From positions 595,338-659,337 of the forward strand of contig JBAZXR010000001.1 in the NCBI GenBank assembly GCA_041659765.1: a DNA stretch of 64,000 bases. The letters are read 5' to 3'. The notes beneath the pieces are model-generated. The model searched no databases, was not told where the DNA came from, and was given only the letters and a program-made list of their open reading frames with translations. Origin of the DNA: Patescibacteria group bacterium (GTDB taxonomy: Bacteria; Patescibacteriota; Patescibacteriia; UBA9934). Made by a program: the position numbers and the translations under genes. The number at the start of each line of letters is the position of its first letter. Position 1 is the stretch's first letter. This document shows, piece after piece, positions 8,741 to 18,315 of the stretch.

Positions 8741-9265
8741 ATGAAAACCATTCTCCTGGCTGCTGTTACCGCTAATGGCTTCATTGCCCGTTCAACCAAT
8801 GAACTCGCCAATTGGACCAGCAAAGAAGACAAGAAACTGTTCGTCGAAGAAACCAAAAAAGCAGGCGTCATGATCATGGGTCGGACAACTTTTGCGACCA
8901 TTGGAAAACCCTTGCCAGGCCGGCTGATCATAGTGCTAACCGAAAAACCCGAAGAAGTTGCCGTGGTTCCTGGAAGCGTGGAAACCGCGTCCGGTGATTT
9001 GAAAATGATCCTCGAAAACCTTGAAAAGCGTGGCTATTCGTCGGTGATCGTTGCTGGGGGCTCAAATGTCTACTCACAATTCTTAAATGCAGGCTTAGTT
9101 GACGAACTTTTACTCACAGTTGAGGCGGTCATGTTCACAGACGGCATCAGACTGACCCAAAATCTCACCCGCGAAATTACCCTTGAACTCTTGAGTGTCG
9201 AAAAACTTGGAGAGAAGAGCGTTCTTTTCCGCTACTCGACACATCTGTCCACATCTCCTCGTTGA
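8741..9265 (+). CDS. folA: dihydrofolate reductase
   Basis: ILLAAVTANGFIA...LFVEETKKAGVMIMGRTTFATIGKPLPGRLIIVLT and a GG motif at VIVAGGSNVY. Typical DHFR. Confidence 0.9.
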   Translation: MKTILLAAVTANGFIARSTNELANWTSKEDKKLFVEETKKAGVMIMGRTTFATIGKPLPGRLIIVLTEKPEEVAVVPGSVETASGDLKMILENLEKRGYSSVIVAGGSNVYSQFLNAGLVDELLLTVEAVMFTDGIRLTQNLTREITLELLSVEKLGEKSVLFRYSTHLSTSPR

Positions 9266-9346
9266 TTTGTTTCCCGGGTGATGGCACATTCGGCTCTGAA
9301 GCCGACGCACCCCATGCTTGTACGTCGGCTTTTACAATACGCACCT

Positions 9347-9769
9347 ATGCAAGTCATCATTCGCAGGCTTACTCCGGAAGTTCCAATGCCTGAATACAAA
9401 ACTTCAGGCGCCTGTGCGTTCGACATTGCGGTGATTGAAGAAGGAGTCTTGCAGCCGAATGAACGCCGACCATTCCGGACCGGACTAGTCGTCAAAGTAC
9501 CAGACGGACATATTCTTTTACTCGCCCCTCGCTCAAGTAATGCCAAAAAAGGCGTCAGACTAGCAAATGGCATAGGCTACATTGACCGCGATTACTGCGG
9601 ACCAACAGACGAGCTCTTCGCCTACCTCCATAATGTCGGGAACGAACCATACACGGTTCAAAAAGGCGAAAGAATCATGCAGGGCGTTATTGTTCCCTGC
9701 CCAGTCGTCACCTTCATCGAAGGCGAAACGGGAAACGCTGACCGAGGCGGATTTGGGACAACGGGATGA
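9347..9769 (+). CDS. dut: dUTP diphosphatase
   Basis: Dut motifs GACAFDIA, PRSSNAKKG, GIGYIDRDYCGP, ERIMQGVI, RGGFGTTG. The ORF track begins at 9278; the internal Met at 9347 is the more likely start. Ends with a TGA stop. Confidence 0.85.
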   Translation: MQVIIRRLTPEVPMPEYKTSGACAFDIAVIEEGVLQPNERRPFRTGLVVKVPDGHILLLAPRSSNAKKGVRLANGIGYIDRDYCGPTDELFAYLHNVGNEPYTVQKGERIMQGVIVPCPVVTFIEGETGNADRGGFGTTG

Positions 9770-9783
9770 TATAATCCCGCCAT

Positions 9784-10644
9784 ATGGCTTCTCTCATCTC
9801 TCTTGGGCAAGTGATCGATAAGACAATCGCCCACTATCGCAAACACTTTGTTGAACTCTTGAGCATTACGACTTGGATAGTCATCGCTTCAGTGCCCGCA
9901 GCGGCCGCTAAGATTTTGCAGCCATACACGGCTGGTACTGAACCTACGCCACTCCATATTTTCTATCTGGTCTTGAGCTACTCGGGCGCCATTCTGTTGG
10001 CAGTAGTCAGCACCTGGGTTTTACTAAGCATCATCATTGCGGTGGCCGAAGAAGCCTCCGGCACGACCCGTGACCAGAAAGCTCAAGGCAAAAAAGCCTG
10101 GAAATTATTTTTCTCTTACGTCTGGGTATCTATTCTGGTCTCCCTCGTCATGGCGTTAATTCTAGTTCCGCCATTCCTCGGGCTGGTCCTCATCATCATT
10201 GATGCTGCTCGCAATACGTCCACCGTTCTATCATCAATTGGCGGCGTACTGCTCTTCGTGGGAGCGCTCGTTTCTTTCATTCTCCTCGTTAAATACAGTA
10301 TTCAGTACGGCTTCGCCCCATACTCGCTGGTCTTAGAAAACGAGCATGGCGTTAAAGCACTTCAACACTCAGCTACGCTCGTCTCCGGACGCTGGTGGGG
10401 CACGTTCTTCCGTTTTGTGGTCCCCAAGCTCATCTATGCGCTGGTAGTTTTTGTCCTGAATTTCCTCCTCTTGGCGGTCCTCGCCATTCTCCTCATTGTT
10501 CTACTCGGTGAAGGCCAGCTCTACCAAGGGATTGGCAATGCGACCTGGCTTATATTAAGCTCAGTCGTAACGGCGCTCTCGCTACCGCTTATTGCCGTAA
10601 CGGACTTCTACATTTATGACAGCCTCAGAACTACCCGAAGTTAA
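9784..10644 (+). CDS. polytopic membrane protein, unknown function
   Basis: 286 aa with at least six predicted TM helices. Confidence 0.6.
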   Translation: MASLISLGQVIDKTIAHYRKHFVELLSITTWIVIASVPAAAAKILQPYTAGTEPTPLHIFYLVLSYSGAILLAVVSTWVLLSIIIAVAEEASGTTRDQKAQGKKAWKLFFSYVWVSILVSLVMALILVPPFLGLVLIIIDAARNTSTVLSSIGGVLLFVGALVSFILLVKYSIQYGFAPYSLVLENEHGVKALQHSATLVSGRWWGTFFRFVVPKLIYALVVFVLNFLLLAVLAILLIVLLGEGQLYQGIGNATWLILSSVVTALSLPLIAVTDFYIYDSLRTTRS

Positions 10645-11359
10645 GCCCTCTCTTCCTAGCGTCTCTTCTCTCATTTCGACTTCCTACAAGTTCCTAGCCA
10701 CTCCCCCGCACACCTCCGTGCTCTTTGGCTTTGCCGGCTGGCTCTTGATACCTATTCTACTGAACCTTGGCTCAACTTTTCTGAGCCCGCAGGTGGGCGA
10801 AGTGGTTAATCTAATTTCCAACATCCTGGTCTTTGGTCTCTCCCTCTGGGCAACCGCTGCCATGACCATCATGATCACCGGTTTAGTCCGTCCCGATCTG
10901 GCGCCAAAAGATGTAGCCACGAGCGTCAGTGAACTAGCGTGGCGACGTGCCCCATCACTCCTCTGGGTTGGGCTGTTAGTTGCTGTTCTGCAAGCCTTTG
11001 GTCTCCTCCTGCTCGTCATCCCTGGGATTATCTTCACTGTTTGGTTCGCCTTTGCTGAAACCGAAGTGATTCTTACCGGGGCTGGCGTCTTCTCAGCCAT
11101 GGAACAAAGTCGCGAGCGAGTACGAGGGCAATTCTTCCCAGTACTCTGGCGCATGGTGGCTTTCTCGCTACTACTGACCACACTAGTCATGATGATTATT
11201 TGGCCCGTGCTGGTCCTCTCCGGCAATACCGATCTAATGATTGTCCTCACCACTCCCCCGGCGTGGTTAGACACTCTCATGAGCCTCCTTTCCGTCCTCC
11301 TCATGCCCCTCATTTTGACCTACGAACTCCATCTTTACTTTAGCCTCCGAAAGCCGTAA
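10616..11359 (+). CDS. polytopic membrane protein, paralog-like of the preceding gene
   Basis: 247 aa with a similar TM architecture and a similar C-terminal Y..LR ending. Overlaps the upstream gene by 29 nt. Confidence 0.55.
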   Translation: MTASELPEVKPSLPSVSSLISTSYKFLATPPHTSVLFGFAGWLLIPILLNLGSTFLSPQVGEVVNLISNILVFGLSLWATAAMTIMITGLVRPDLAPKDVATSVSELAWRRAPSLLWVGLLVAVLQAFGLLLLVIPGIIFTVWFAFAETEVILTGAGVFSAMEQSRERVRGQFFPVLWRMVAFSLLLTTLVMMIIWPVLVLSGNTDLMIVLTTPPAWLDTLMSLLSVLLMPLILTYELHLYFSLRKP

Positions 11360-11372
11360 GGTACTCACCGAT

Positions 11373-12884
11373 ATGAAACTCGAACCAGTCATCGGATTAG
11401 AAACGCACGTCCAGCTGAACACCAAGACTAAGCTCTTTTGTTCTTGTTCGGCACACGTGAATGACGCTGAGCCAAATGCAAACGTCTGCCCGGTCTGCAC
11501 CGGACATCCAGGTACGCTCCCGGTGCCTAACCGTCAGGCCATTTCTTGGGCTGTCATGCTCGGTCTAGCACTTGAAGGACGCATTACGCCAAAGAGCAAG
11601 TTTGACCGCAAGAACTATTTCTACCCAGACCTGCCAAAGGCCTATCAAATTTCGCAGTTTGACCTCCCGATCATGAGCGAAGGAAAGCTCGATGTAGAAA
11701 TCCCCGGCGAAAACAGAGTCGCTCGTATTCGCATTGAACGCATGCACTTGGAGGAAGATGCCGCTAAAAATATTCACGGTGAAAACGGCAAGACGTATGT
11801 GGATTTCAACCGCGGGGGCACGCCTCTGTGCGAAATTGTTACTCGACCAGATTTCAGAACAGCTGCCGAAGCAAAAGCGTATGTCCAGGAAATTCGCTTG
11901 ATTGTCCGCACTCTTGGCATTAGCGAGGGCGATCTCGAAAAAGGTCACCTGCGTTGCGACGTGAACATTTCGATGCGCGAAGTCGACGACAATGGCAAAC
12001 CAGTTTCGCCGGACCTGTCGCCCAAGACTGAAATCAAGAACATCAACTCTTTTAGAGCTATCGAACGTGCCATTGCCTACGAGATCAAGCGCCAGACAGC
12101 CCTTTGGGAAGAAGGCAACGCGCCTAAAATTACAATTACTAGAGGCTGGAACGATGCCAAGCAGATGACAGAAGGTCAGCGCGAAAAAGAAGACTCAGCT
12201 GATTACAGATATTTCCCGGAACCGGACATCCCACCACTGGAGCTTGAGAGCATCGCAAAGGACGCCAAGCATTTCATGCCAGAACTCCCCGCCGCTAAAC
12301 GTCTCCGCCTAAAGCGCGAATACGGCCTTAAGGATGATGACATCAAGCAGATTGTGGATGATCCCGCGCTCGCCAATTTCACCGAGAACGCCATGAGCGA
12401 ACTTGGCGCGTGGCTCGAAGCGAGACCAGATACAACCCCGGAACAAGTCGAGGAAGAACGCCGCAAGCTGACTAAGCTGTTCTCCGGCTGGTTGCTGTCA
12501 AAGCTCATGGGTCTGCTCCAGGAACGCGGAAGTGACGTGCGGATCATGAAACTTACTCCAGAAAACTTCGCGGAATTCATCACGCTCCTAGCCGACGGAA
12601 GAATTACCGGCCCGAAGGGACTTGAAGTGCTCGGTAAGATGCTCGACGACGGTTCAGACCCATCTCATGTAATAGACGAACTCGGTGCAACGCGAATGGA
12701 CGATCTCTCGGCGCTACAGAAAATTGTCGAAACAGTTGTAGAAGAAAACCCCAAAGAAGTTACGCGCTACAAAGCCGGAGAAACAAAACTCCTGCAGTTC
12801 CTAGTCGGACAGGTCATGAAAATCTCAAAAGGAAACGCTGATCCTGAGAAGACAGCGAGCGTCATTAAGAACGTACTCGGATAG
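11373..12884 (+). CDS. gatB: Asp-tRNA(Asn)/Glu-tRNA(Gln) amidotransferase subunit B
   Basis: IGLETHVQLNTKTKLFCSC...PNANVCPVCTGHPGTLPV...KNYFYPDLPKAYQISQ. Confidence 0.92.
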   Translation: MKLEPVIGLETHVQLNTKTKLFCSCSAHVNDAEPNANVCPVCTGHPGTLPVPNRQAISWAVMLGLALEGRITPKSKFDRKNYFYPDLPKAYQISQFDLPIMSEGKLDVEIPGENRVARIRIERMHLEEDAAKNIHGENGKTYVDFNRGGTPLCEIVTRPDFRTAAEAKAYVQEIRLIVRTLGISEGDLEKGHLRCDVNISMREVDDNGKPVSPDLSPKTEIKNINSFRAIERAIAYEIKRQTALWEEGNAPKITITRGWNDAKQMTEGQREKEDSADYRYFPEPDIPPLELESIAKDAKHFMPELPAAKRLRLKREYGLKDDDIKQIVDDPALANFTENAMSELGAWLEARPDTTPEQVEEERRKLTKLFSGWLLSKLMGLLQERGSDVRIMKLTPENFAEFITLLADGRITGPKGLEVLGKMLDDGSDPSHVIDELGATRMDDLSALQKIVETVVEENPKEVTRYKAGETKLLQFLVGQVMKISKGNADPEKTASVIKNVLG

Positions 12885-13839
12885 CTTCAGCTACAGCCTC
12901 CTTTGCACTCGCGACCCAAGTGATTCGCGAGTCATGCTTGAACCACGTTTCCTGCCGTTTGGCGTAATGACGCGTATCAATCTTGATACGCGTTATTGCA
13001 TTAGAAAGAGTACTTTTTGCGTCCAAGAATTCGCAGATTTGGCGGTAGCCGATTCCCGTCATGCCCGGGGCCTCACTGCCGTACTTAGCGCGGAGGGCGC
13101 GGACTTCGTCCACCAGCCCTTTTGCGACCATAATGTCTACGCGGGTGTCGAGCCTGTCGTAGAGTGTCTCGCGAGGCACGCTCATACCGATCATGACGGG
13201 TTCATAAATCTTTTCGCCCCAAGAACGAGATTCGGCCAGCGGTTTTCCTGTGCCTCGAAGGATCTCGAGGGCGCGTTCGAGCCTTCTCCGATTCTTTTCG
13301 TCGATTGTGGTCGCTGCGTCAGGATCCAATTCGGCGATCTCATCAAACAGTTCAGTGTCACTCTTTGTAGCAACCTCCACGCGGAAGTTTGGATTCGGTG
13401 GAACCTCGGCAAAAGTTGGTCTGTCGACCACAGCGCGAATATACAAACCCGTACCGCCAACAAGAATTGGCATTTTCCCGCGCTTAACAATATCCGCAAT
13501 TTTCTTATCCGCATACGCCTGAAACTCGGAGACCGTGTAAACCTCGTCGGGGTCAGCGATGTCGAGACCCCAGTGAGGGATGCCGTCCACCATCAGAGGT
13601 CGTTCCTGGCCCAAGCCCGACCATCCACCCGGGTTAACCTCCTCCCTTCCGCCTCCTTGGTAAGGAGGAGGGGTCCAATCCCGGACACCCTCAGGTTTGG
13701 CCGTTCCGATGTCCATCCCCTTATAAATAGTTCGAGAATCGGCGCAAATCACTTCCCCATCCACCGCCCGGGCAACCGCAAGACCAGCGTCGGTTTTACC
13801 GGAAGCTGTGGGGCCAAGAATGACGATAAGTTTTTGCAT
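12865..13839 (-). CDS. miaA: tRNA dimethylallyltransferase
   Basis: IVILGPTASGKTDAGLAVA...ICADSRTIYKGMDIGTAKP...ILVGGTGLYIRAV. A ~40-aa Pro/Gly-rich insertion follows the DIGTAKP motif. The 3' end overlaps gatB convergently by 20 nt. Confidence 0.88.
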   Translation of the reverse strand: MQKLIVILGPTASGKTDAGLAVARAVDGEVICADSRTIYKGMDIGTAKPEGVRDWTPPPYQGGGREEVNPGGWSGLGQERPLMVDGIPHWGLDIADPDEVYTVSEFQAYADKKIADIVKRGKMPILVGGTGLYIRAVVDRPTFAEVPPNPNFRVEVATKSDTELFDEIAELDPDAATTIDEKNRRRLERALEILRGTGKPLAESRSWGEKIYEPVMIGMSVPRETLYDRLDTRVDIMVAKGLVDEVRALRAKYGSEAPGMTGIGYRQICEFLDAKSTLSNAITRIKIDTRHYAKRQETWFKHDSRITWVASAKEAVAEAIRVRS

Positions 13840-13893
13840 ACTGTGTATAGTTAACTATATAACAAATGTTCCATAAAGTACCATCAGGACAAT

Positions 13894-14214
13894 ATGAACA
13901 TGGAAAGAGGACCTAAATTTGTAATCGAGAGAAAGCCGACTGAGGAAGATAGAAAAAAATCCGAAGCCGCCTACGAGCAAGCGCACATGAATAGGACGGG
14001 GATAGAACTCCTACCGGATGACCCCATCAATCTCGCCCTCGAAGCGCAAGAAAAGGCAGCTGCCGAGAAAGTGGCGGTTCGCGAGGCCTATAAAAATCGC
14101 TCACCGGAAGTCGTCGCGGCAGCGAAAGCACGTGAAGTCACGCTCGAATCACAGGTGGCACGTTTCAAAGCCGAGGCACTTAAAGCCTACGACGAAGATC
14201 AAGAAGCTGCATAA
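13894..14214 (+). CDS. hypothetical small charged protein
   Basis: 106-aa ORF, Ala/Glu/Lys-rich, followed by a strong terminator. Confidence 0.45.
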   Translation: MNMERGPKFVIERKPTEEDRKKSEAAYEQAHMNRTGIELLPDDPINLALEAQEKAAAEKVAVREAYKNRSPEVVAAAKAREVTLESQVARFKAEALKAYDEDQEAA

Positions 14215-14220
14215 AAAAAG

Positions 14221-14258
14221 GCGCGAGCGTTCCCGTGGGAGCGCTCGCGTTTGTTGTG
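14221..14258. terminator. bidirectional rho-independent terminator
   Basis: GCGCGAGCG-TTCCCGTGGGA-GCGCTCGCG flanked by AAAAAAAG upstream and TTTGTTGTG downstream. Confidence 0.7.
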
Positions 14259-14268
14259 ACCCTAGAAC

Positions 14269-14943
14269 TTAGGACTTAGGAGACGCCTGACGGATCACGC
14301 GCCCGGCCGGCAGCTGATCCTCCACACACCGATAGACAGTGATGAGAAGGAGACTACAGTGAGACCAAGCCGTCGAATCCTTGTACTTTTCCGGGTTCGT
14401 GGTCTTCAGGCCGAGCGCCTGACGAATAGGCCGGTAGAATTCCTTCTTGTAGTACTCGGTCCGCGAAAATGCCTCGCGCTCAGCACATTCGAGGCTGTGC
14501 AGCATGTCGCTGTCACTGGTCTCGGCGAGCTCCTGCCGCACGGCCCGGATTACGTCTGCGCTGGGATCGTGGAGCTTGAAGGCCGAAGACTCGAGCAGAG
14601 CTTTGAGAGCCCCGATCAGATCAGCTGCCTCGCTACCCATGATTAGCTTGTTTCTCACCCGAATCTCGACCAACTCCTGGATCAAGGCCCCCAGGTTCGG
14701 CCAACGCTTCTCCCGCATGCTGGCAGTCAGCCAAGAGGCAATGACCTCCGGGCTGGCCGGCTCAAGCGGTTCTGATGGCGGCGGCGGAGGCGGAATGGCC
14801 AGCTGGACGCCTGGCTTGACTCGCTTGGCCGACTTAAAGTCGATCTTGATGACCTTCGACTCCCCCGTCGGGCTGACTGGTGTAGAGCTCCCGACGTACT
14901 TGCCTGTGAAATTCAACACATTGTCACGTTCAGAAATGGACAT
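14269..14943 (-). CDS. hypothetical protein (poly-Pro linker)
   Basis: Start at MSISERD with a GGGGGAAG RBS. Contains a PPPPPPSEP segment. No family recognised. Confidence 0.5.
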   Translation of the reverse strand: MSISERDNVLNFTGKYVGSSTPVSPTGESKVIKIDFKSAKRVKPGVQLAIPPPPPPSEPLEPASPEVIASWLTASMREKRWPNLGALIQELVEIRVRNKLIMGSEAADLIGALKALLESSAFKLHDPSADVIRAVRQELAETSDSDMLHSLECAEREAFSRTEYYKKEFYRPIRQALGLKTTNPEKYKDSTAWSHCSLLLITVYRCVEDQLPAGRVIRQASPKS

Positions 14944-15034
14944 GCTTCCCCCTGGCATGAGGCTAAAACTAGCAGAAAATAAGCGTTTTGTCAACTGATG
15001 TATACTTGTAGCAATCATTCCCCCTTATTTTGTT

Positions 15035-16801
15035 ATGGCCAACGCGGATTCAATCAACGAGATCCAAATAGATTCCTCACCCCTGGAAGAAGCAGAGGTG
15101 ACGTGGTCTGGCGAAGCTAAAATCACCCCCATGCCGTCTCCGGAGGGTGTACCCGAACGCGGACCGGAAAAGCCCGCCACCACCCCAGTTGAGCGCCTAG
15201 GAAATAATGGCGAAATTGAGGTCTGGAACGCTTATGCTTTAGATACGGATAAAGGTAAAGTGTATTTTATTAACCAAAGAAATAAGGAACGCTGGGCGAT
15301 GGTCCCGGAAGCAGAATGGCTGGTGGAGCAGGAATTACTTGAGGCGACTAAAAAATTCTCTGGAGGCAAAACTTGGAGTACGTTCACTTCCCTACTCACC
15401 GAATCAAAAGATGGGTCGGCTGAACAAACAAAACTGAAAGAATACCTAGACCAAAATAAGGGTCGAATCTTGGAGTTTGCCGCCTGGATGGCCAAAGAGT
15501 ACAAAATCTCCAAAGAACAGGCCATCGAGCACACTAAGGAAAAAGTAAAAGCCGAGGCCGACAAAGCAACCGACAAGCGCTATTTCGAACTCGACTACGC
15601 CGTCATCGCTAAAGCAATCAATGAAGAAACGAGCGCTTTTAAAGTCCGCGAATGGGCCACGGAAGACGCCATACTAACGGCTCGTGAAAAAAGCGCAGCC
15701 GTGGTCAACTGGATCTCTCGCCAAGTGCAAATTGGAGAGGCTAAACCTTCGGAAGAAGTGACTTTAAATTTGGATCTTAGACGAGCGATTCGTGGTGATC
15801 AAAAATTGGAACGTCTAATGCTTGACCATGAGCTGGAAAAACCAGCAAATAAGGCCGATCTTGAAACGCCACTGGCCGCACTTTATGCCAAAGTAGCTAC
15901 CGAGCTAGACGCTCTTTACGGTGAAATTAAAAATAGCCAGCCGTCGCTTGGAGAACTCCGCCAAGAGAGTGAAACGCTGATTAATGACTTCAAACTTTAC
16001 AGCTACGCAGCCGCGCGTGACTTAGCCAAAAGTGCTTCTGACTTAAGTCCCCAGCTAAAAGAGTTCTTTGGCTTATCAGCCGAAACCAAGACAAAACGAG
16101 CTTCTAAAACAAAGGCTAGCAAGCCGTTAGAACCCATTAGTGAAGCTTTCGGCGGGCGAATTAAAAATATCCAAAACATTCCAGGCGACACAGGTGCTGA
16201 TGAAGTTCCGTTTGGTTTTGCTAATCCGGAACAAGTCTCCGTCTCTAACAGAGAGGCTCCCCAGAATCTCCCAGTCGAACCAGAAAAGGCAGAGATTACG
16301 GCAGTAATGCCCAAACGGCCAAAGCAGGTCACGCGCCGGTACGTAGTCCCCGAAGCGCCCAGAACCATCAGCGAACAGCTCCAAAACCTTCCGGAGACGA
16401 TTGAAGCCGAGAAAACGGAGCTCATCACGCCGGAAGAGAGACAGGCATCTTTAGCTAAAACAAAAATCGAGAAACCACCCAGAATCAAATCAAAAGCCAG
16501 GATGATTCTGGATCAGTCGTTGATGGAGGAGGGAAAGGCTAGTGAGCCAGGCTGGCTCGAGACACAGAACGCTGACGTTATCCCGCTCCCAGAAAAAGAA
16601 CAACCTCTAGAACCAGGGACGGATGTTCCAAAGTCGCGCAAAGCAAAAGAACTCGAGGCAGACTTCGATAAAGCGCATGAACCGCGCATGAGTACTTTTG
16701 AAGAACAGTATCTGCCGAGTAAGAGCAGAAATCGTCCGAATATCTTTAAACGCATGTGGAATGCTTTATTCGAAGCAGAAGACGCGGCGTTCGAAGAATA
16801 A
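15035..16801 (+). CDS. hypothetical acidic low-complexity protein (588 aa)
   Basis: Long uninterrupted ORF, E/K/A-rich and predicted largely disordered/coiled-coil. First gene of a three-gene same-strand set. Confidence 0.55.
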   Translation: MANADSINEIQIDSSPLEEAEVTWSGEAKITPMPSPEGVPERGPEKPATTPVERLGNNGEIEVWNAYALDTDKGKVYFINQRNKERWAMVPEAEWLVEQELLEATKKFSGGKTWSTFTSLLTESKDGSAEQTKLKEYLDQNKGRILEFAAWMAKEYKISKEQAIEHTKEKVKAEADKATDKRYFELDYAVIAKAINEETSAFKVREWATEDAILTAREKSAAVVNWISRQVQIGEAKPSEEVTLNLDLRRAIRGDQKLERLMLDHELEKPANKADLETPLAALYAKVATELDALYGEIKNSQPSLGELRQESETLINDFKLYSYAAARDLAKSASDLSPQLKEFFGLSAETKTKRASKTKASKPLEPISEAFGGRIKNIQNIPGDTGADEVPFGFANPEQVSVSNREAPQNLPVEPEKAEITAVMPKRPKQVTRRYVVPEAPRTISEQLQNLPETIEAEKTELITPEERQASLAKTKIEKPPRIKSKARMILDQSLMEEGKASEPGWLETQNADVIPLPEKEQPLEPGTDVPKSRKAKELEADFDKAHEPRMSTFEEQYLPSKSRNRPNIFKRMWNALFEAEDAAFEE

Positions 16802-16810
16802 CCAAGACAT

Positions 16811-17941
16811 ATGCAAATGTACAAATTCCCCAACTCGGATGCCATTCCTGGAGCGCCAAAACGAATGTTCAGTCCCAAACGACCACCAGTAGGCGAAGAA
16901 CGCGCCGACCACACAAAAGCTCTGTTTGAAGCACAGGCTGAAAGACGAGCGAAGACGCCAGAAAATAACAGTCGCGTCGCAATTACCGGAGCAGATGGAA
17001 AAGAATACACCGGCACGGTGTTATTAGCTGATGCAGAAGCTGGGACTTATGAGGCTGTCTACAGAAATGACAAGGGCGAGTTGGTAGTGGTCGAACAAAA
17101 CGTCGAGCAGGCTGAAGCGCCAAAGGCCGAGGCGGTCGAAGCCAAGGAGGCAGCTCCGGAGGTTTCGGCTGAGCAGGTAGTCGAGGCAAAGATGGAAGAA
17201 CTGAAAGAAGAACAAGAAGGAATGGCCGCTAAACTCAAAAAAGGAGCCACAGGCTTCATGAAGAGTTTTAGTAAATATTTTGCTGCAAAAACTGGTGAAC
17301 CGTTGAATGAAGATGCTTGGTTAGCCGAGGGCGATAAAATGACGGAGGTTAATGAAGAAGCGCAGGACGCACTCGAGCAGACATCCTCAGCTAAGAACAT
17401 TAAAGCTGCAGCCATGGAGCTTGGTGTTGGCGTATTTGAACAAAGCGCTATTCCAAAGATGATGAAAGCTGTGGCCGAAACCGTCGCCGCAGATTTAGTC
17501 ACTGATGAACTTACCCCGGGACGAAAATATATGGAGCGCGCCGCCTCTTGGCTGTCCGAAAAATTATCGCCGGTTGATTTTGAGATGGATGAAATCAACA
17601 AAGCAGAAGGCAGTCTTGAGTTTAGCAAAATGGCCCTTGAACAGAGCGTCTCGGCAGAAAATACTAAACTAGACAATGCTGTCACGGATCGCCGGCTAGA
17701 GAAACTCAAGGCAAAACTAGCCAAAAGCATTGGCGCTAAAGCAAAACTCATGACTCAGCCAAAAAACATGAGTCTGAGCGGACGACGGGACCCTCTGCGC
17801 GAACTTTCAGCCTCGATCGAAGCACAGTCAGGTGAAATCAGCGCTGAACTCGCAGATAGAGCCACACTTCTTGAGGCACTTAAAACTATTAGCGGCGCGG
17901 AACAAACAAAAGACGAGCTCGACGAACTACTCGCTGCTTAA
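16811..17941 (+). CDS. hypothetical Ala/Glu/Lys-rich coiled-coil protein (376 aa)
   Basis: Begins 10 nt after the previous gene. Compositionally similar to it. Confidence 0.55.
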   Translation: MQMYKFPNSDAIPGAPKRMFSPKRPPVGEERADHTKALFEAQAERRAKTPENNSRVAITGADGKEYTGTVLLADAEAGTYEAVYRNDKGELVVVEQNVEQAEAPKAEAVEAKEAAPEVSAEQVVEAKMEELKEEQEGMAAKLKKGATGFMKSFSKYFAAKTGEPLNEDAWLAEGDKMTEVNEEAQDALEQTSSAKNIKAAAMELGVGVFEQSAIPKMMKAVAETVAADLVTDELTPGRKYMERAASWLSEKLSPVDFEMDEINKAEGSLEFSKMALEQSVSAENTKLDNAVTDRRLEKLKAKLAKSIGAKAKLMTQPKNMSLSGRRDPLRELSASIEAQSGEISAELADRATLLEALKTISGAEQTKDELDELLAA

Positions 17942-17949
17942 ACTATATT

Positions 17950-18315
17950 ATGGAGAACGCAAAGGAGAAGATTCAAGGGATTCTAGATCGAGCACCGTTG
18001 CCAGTTCAGATGCGTGCCTATTACAAGGCTCGACTGGAACGTGAAGGCGTTACGCCGATTTTGATCGAGAGCATCAAGAGCGCTATGCGCGCACTTGAGA
18101 ATGACGCTTTCGGTCGAACCGGCATCACGGTAGACGAAGACGATGACGTAGAAATTCAAAAAGCGGTCAACATGTATTCATCTGCAGTTGCAAAGGCTGC
18201 CGATGCTTACTTGAAGGCCGCTAATGAAGCCGTGGCTCAAACTGTGAAAATAACTGGTAAAGCTACTAAGAAGATTGAGAAGGCGGAGGTGGAGCTGCTT
18301 AAACAGGCAGCCTAG
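17950..18315 (+). CDS. hypothetical coiled-coil protein (121 aa)
   Basis: Begins 9 nt after the previous gene. Its 3' end overlaps the thrS 3' end convergently. Confidence 0.5.
   Translation: MENAKEKIQGILDRAPLPVQMRAYYKARLEREGVTPILIESIKSAMRALENDAFGRTGITVDEDDDVEIQKAVNMYSSAVAKAADAYLKAANEAVAQTVKITGKATKKIEKAEVELLKQAA

Noticed and set aside
8209-8931. Full 240-aa ORF call for the second HIT gene
   Set aside because: The upstream 80 codons overlap the divergent folA gene and lack an RBS. The internal Met at 8688 has a GGAGGT RBS and gives a typical ~160-aa HIT protein.
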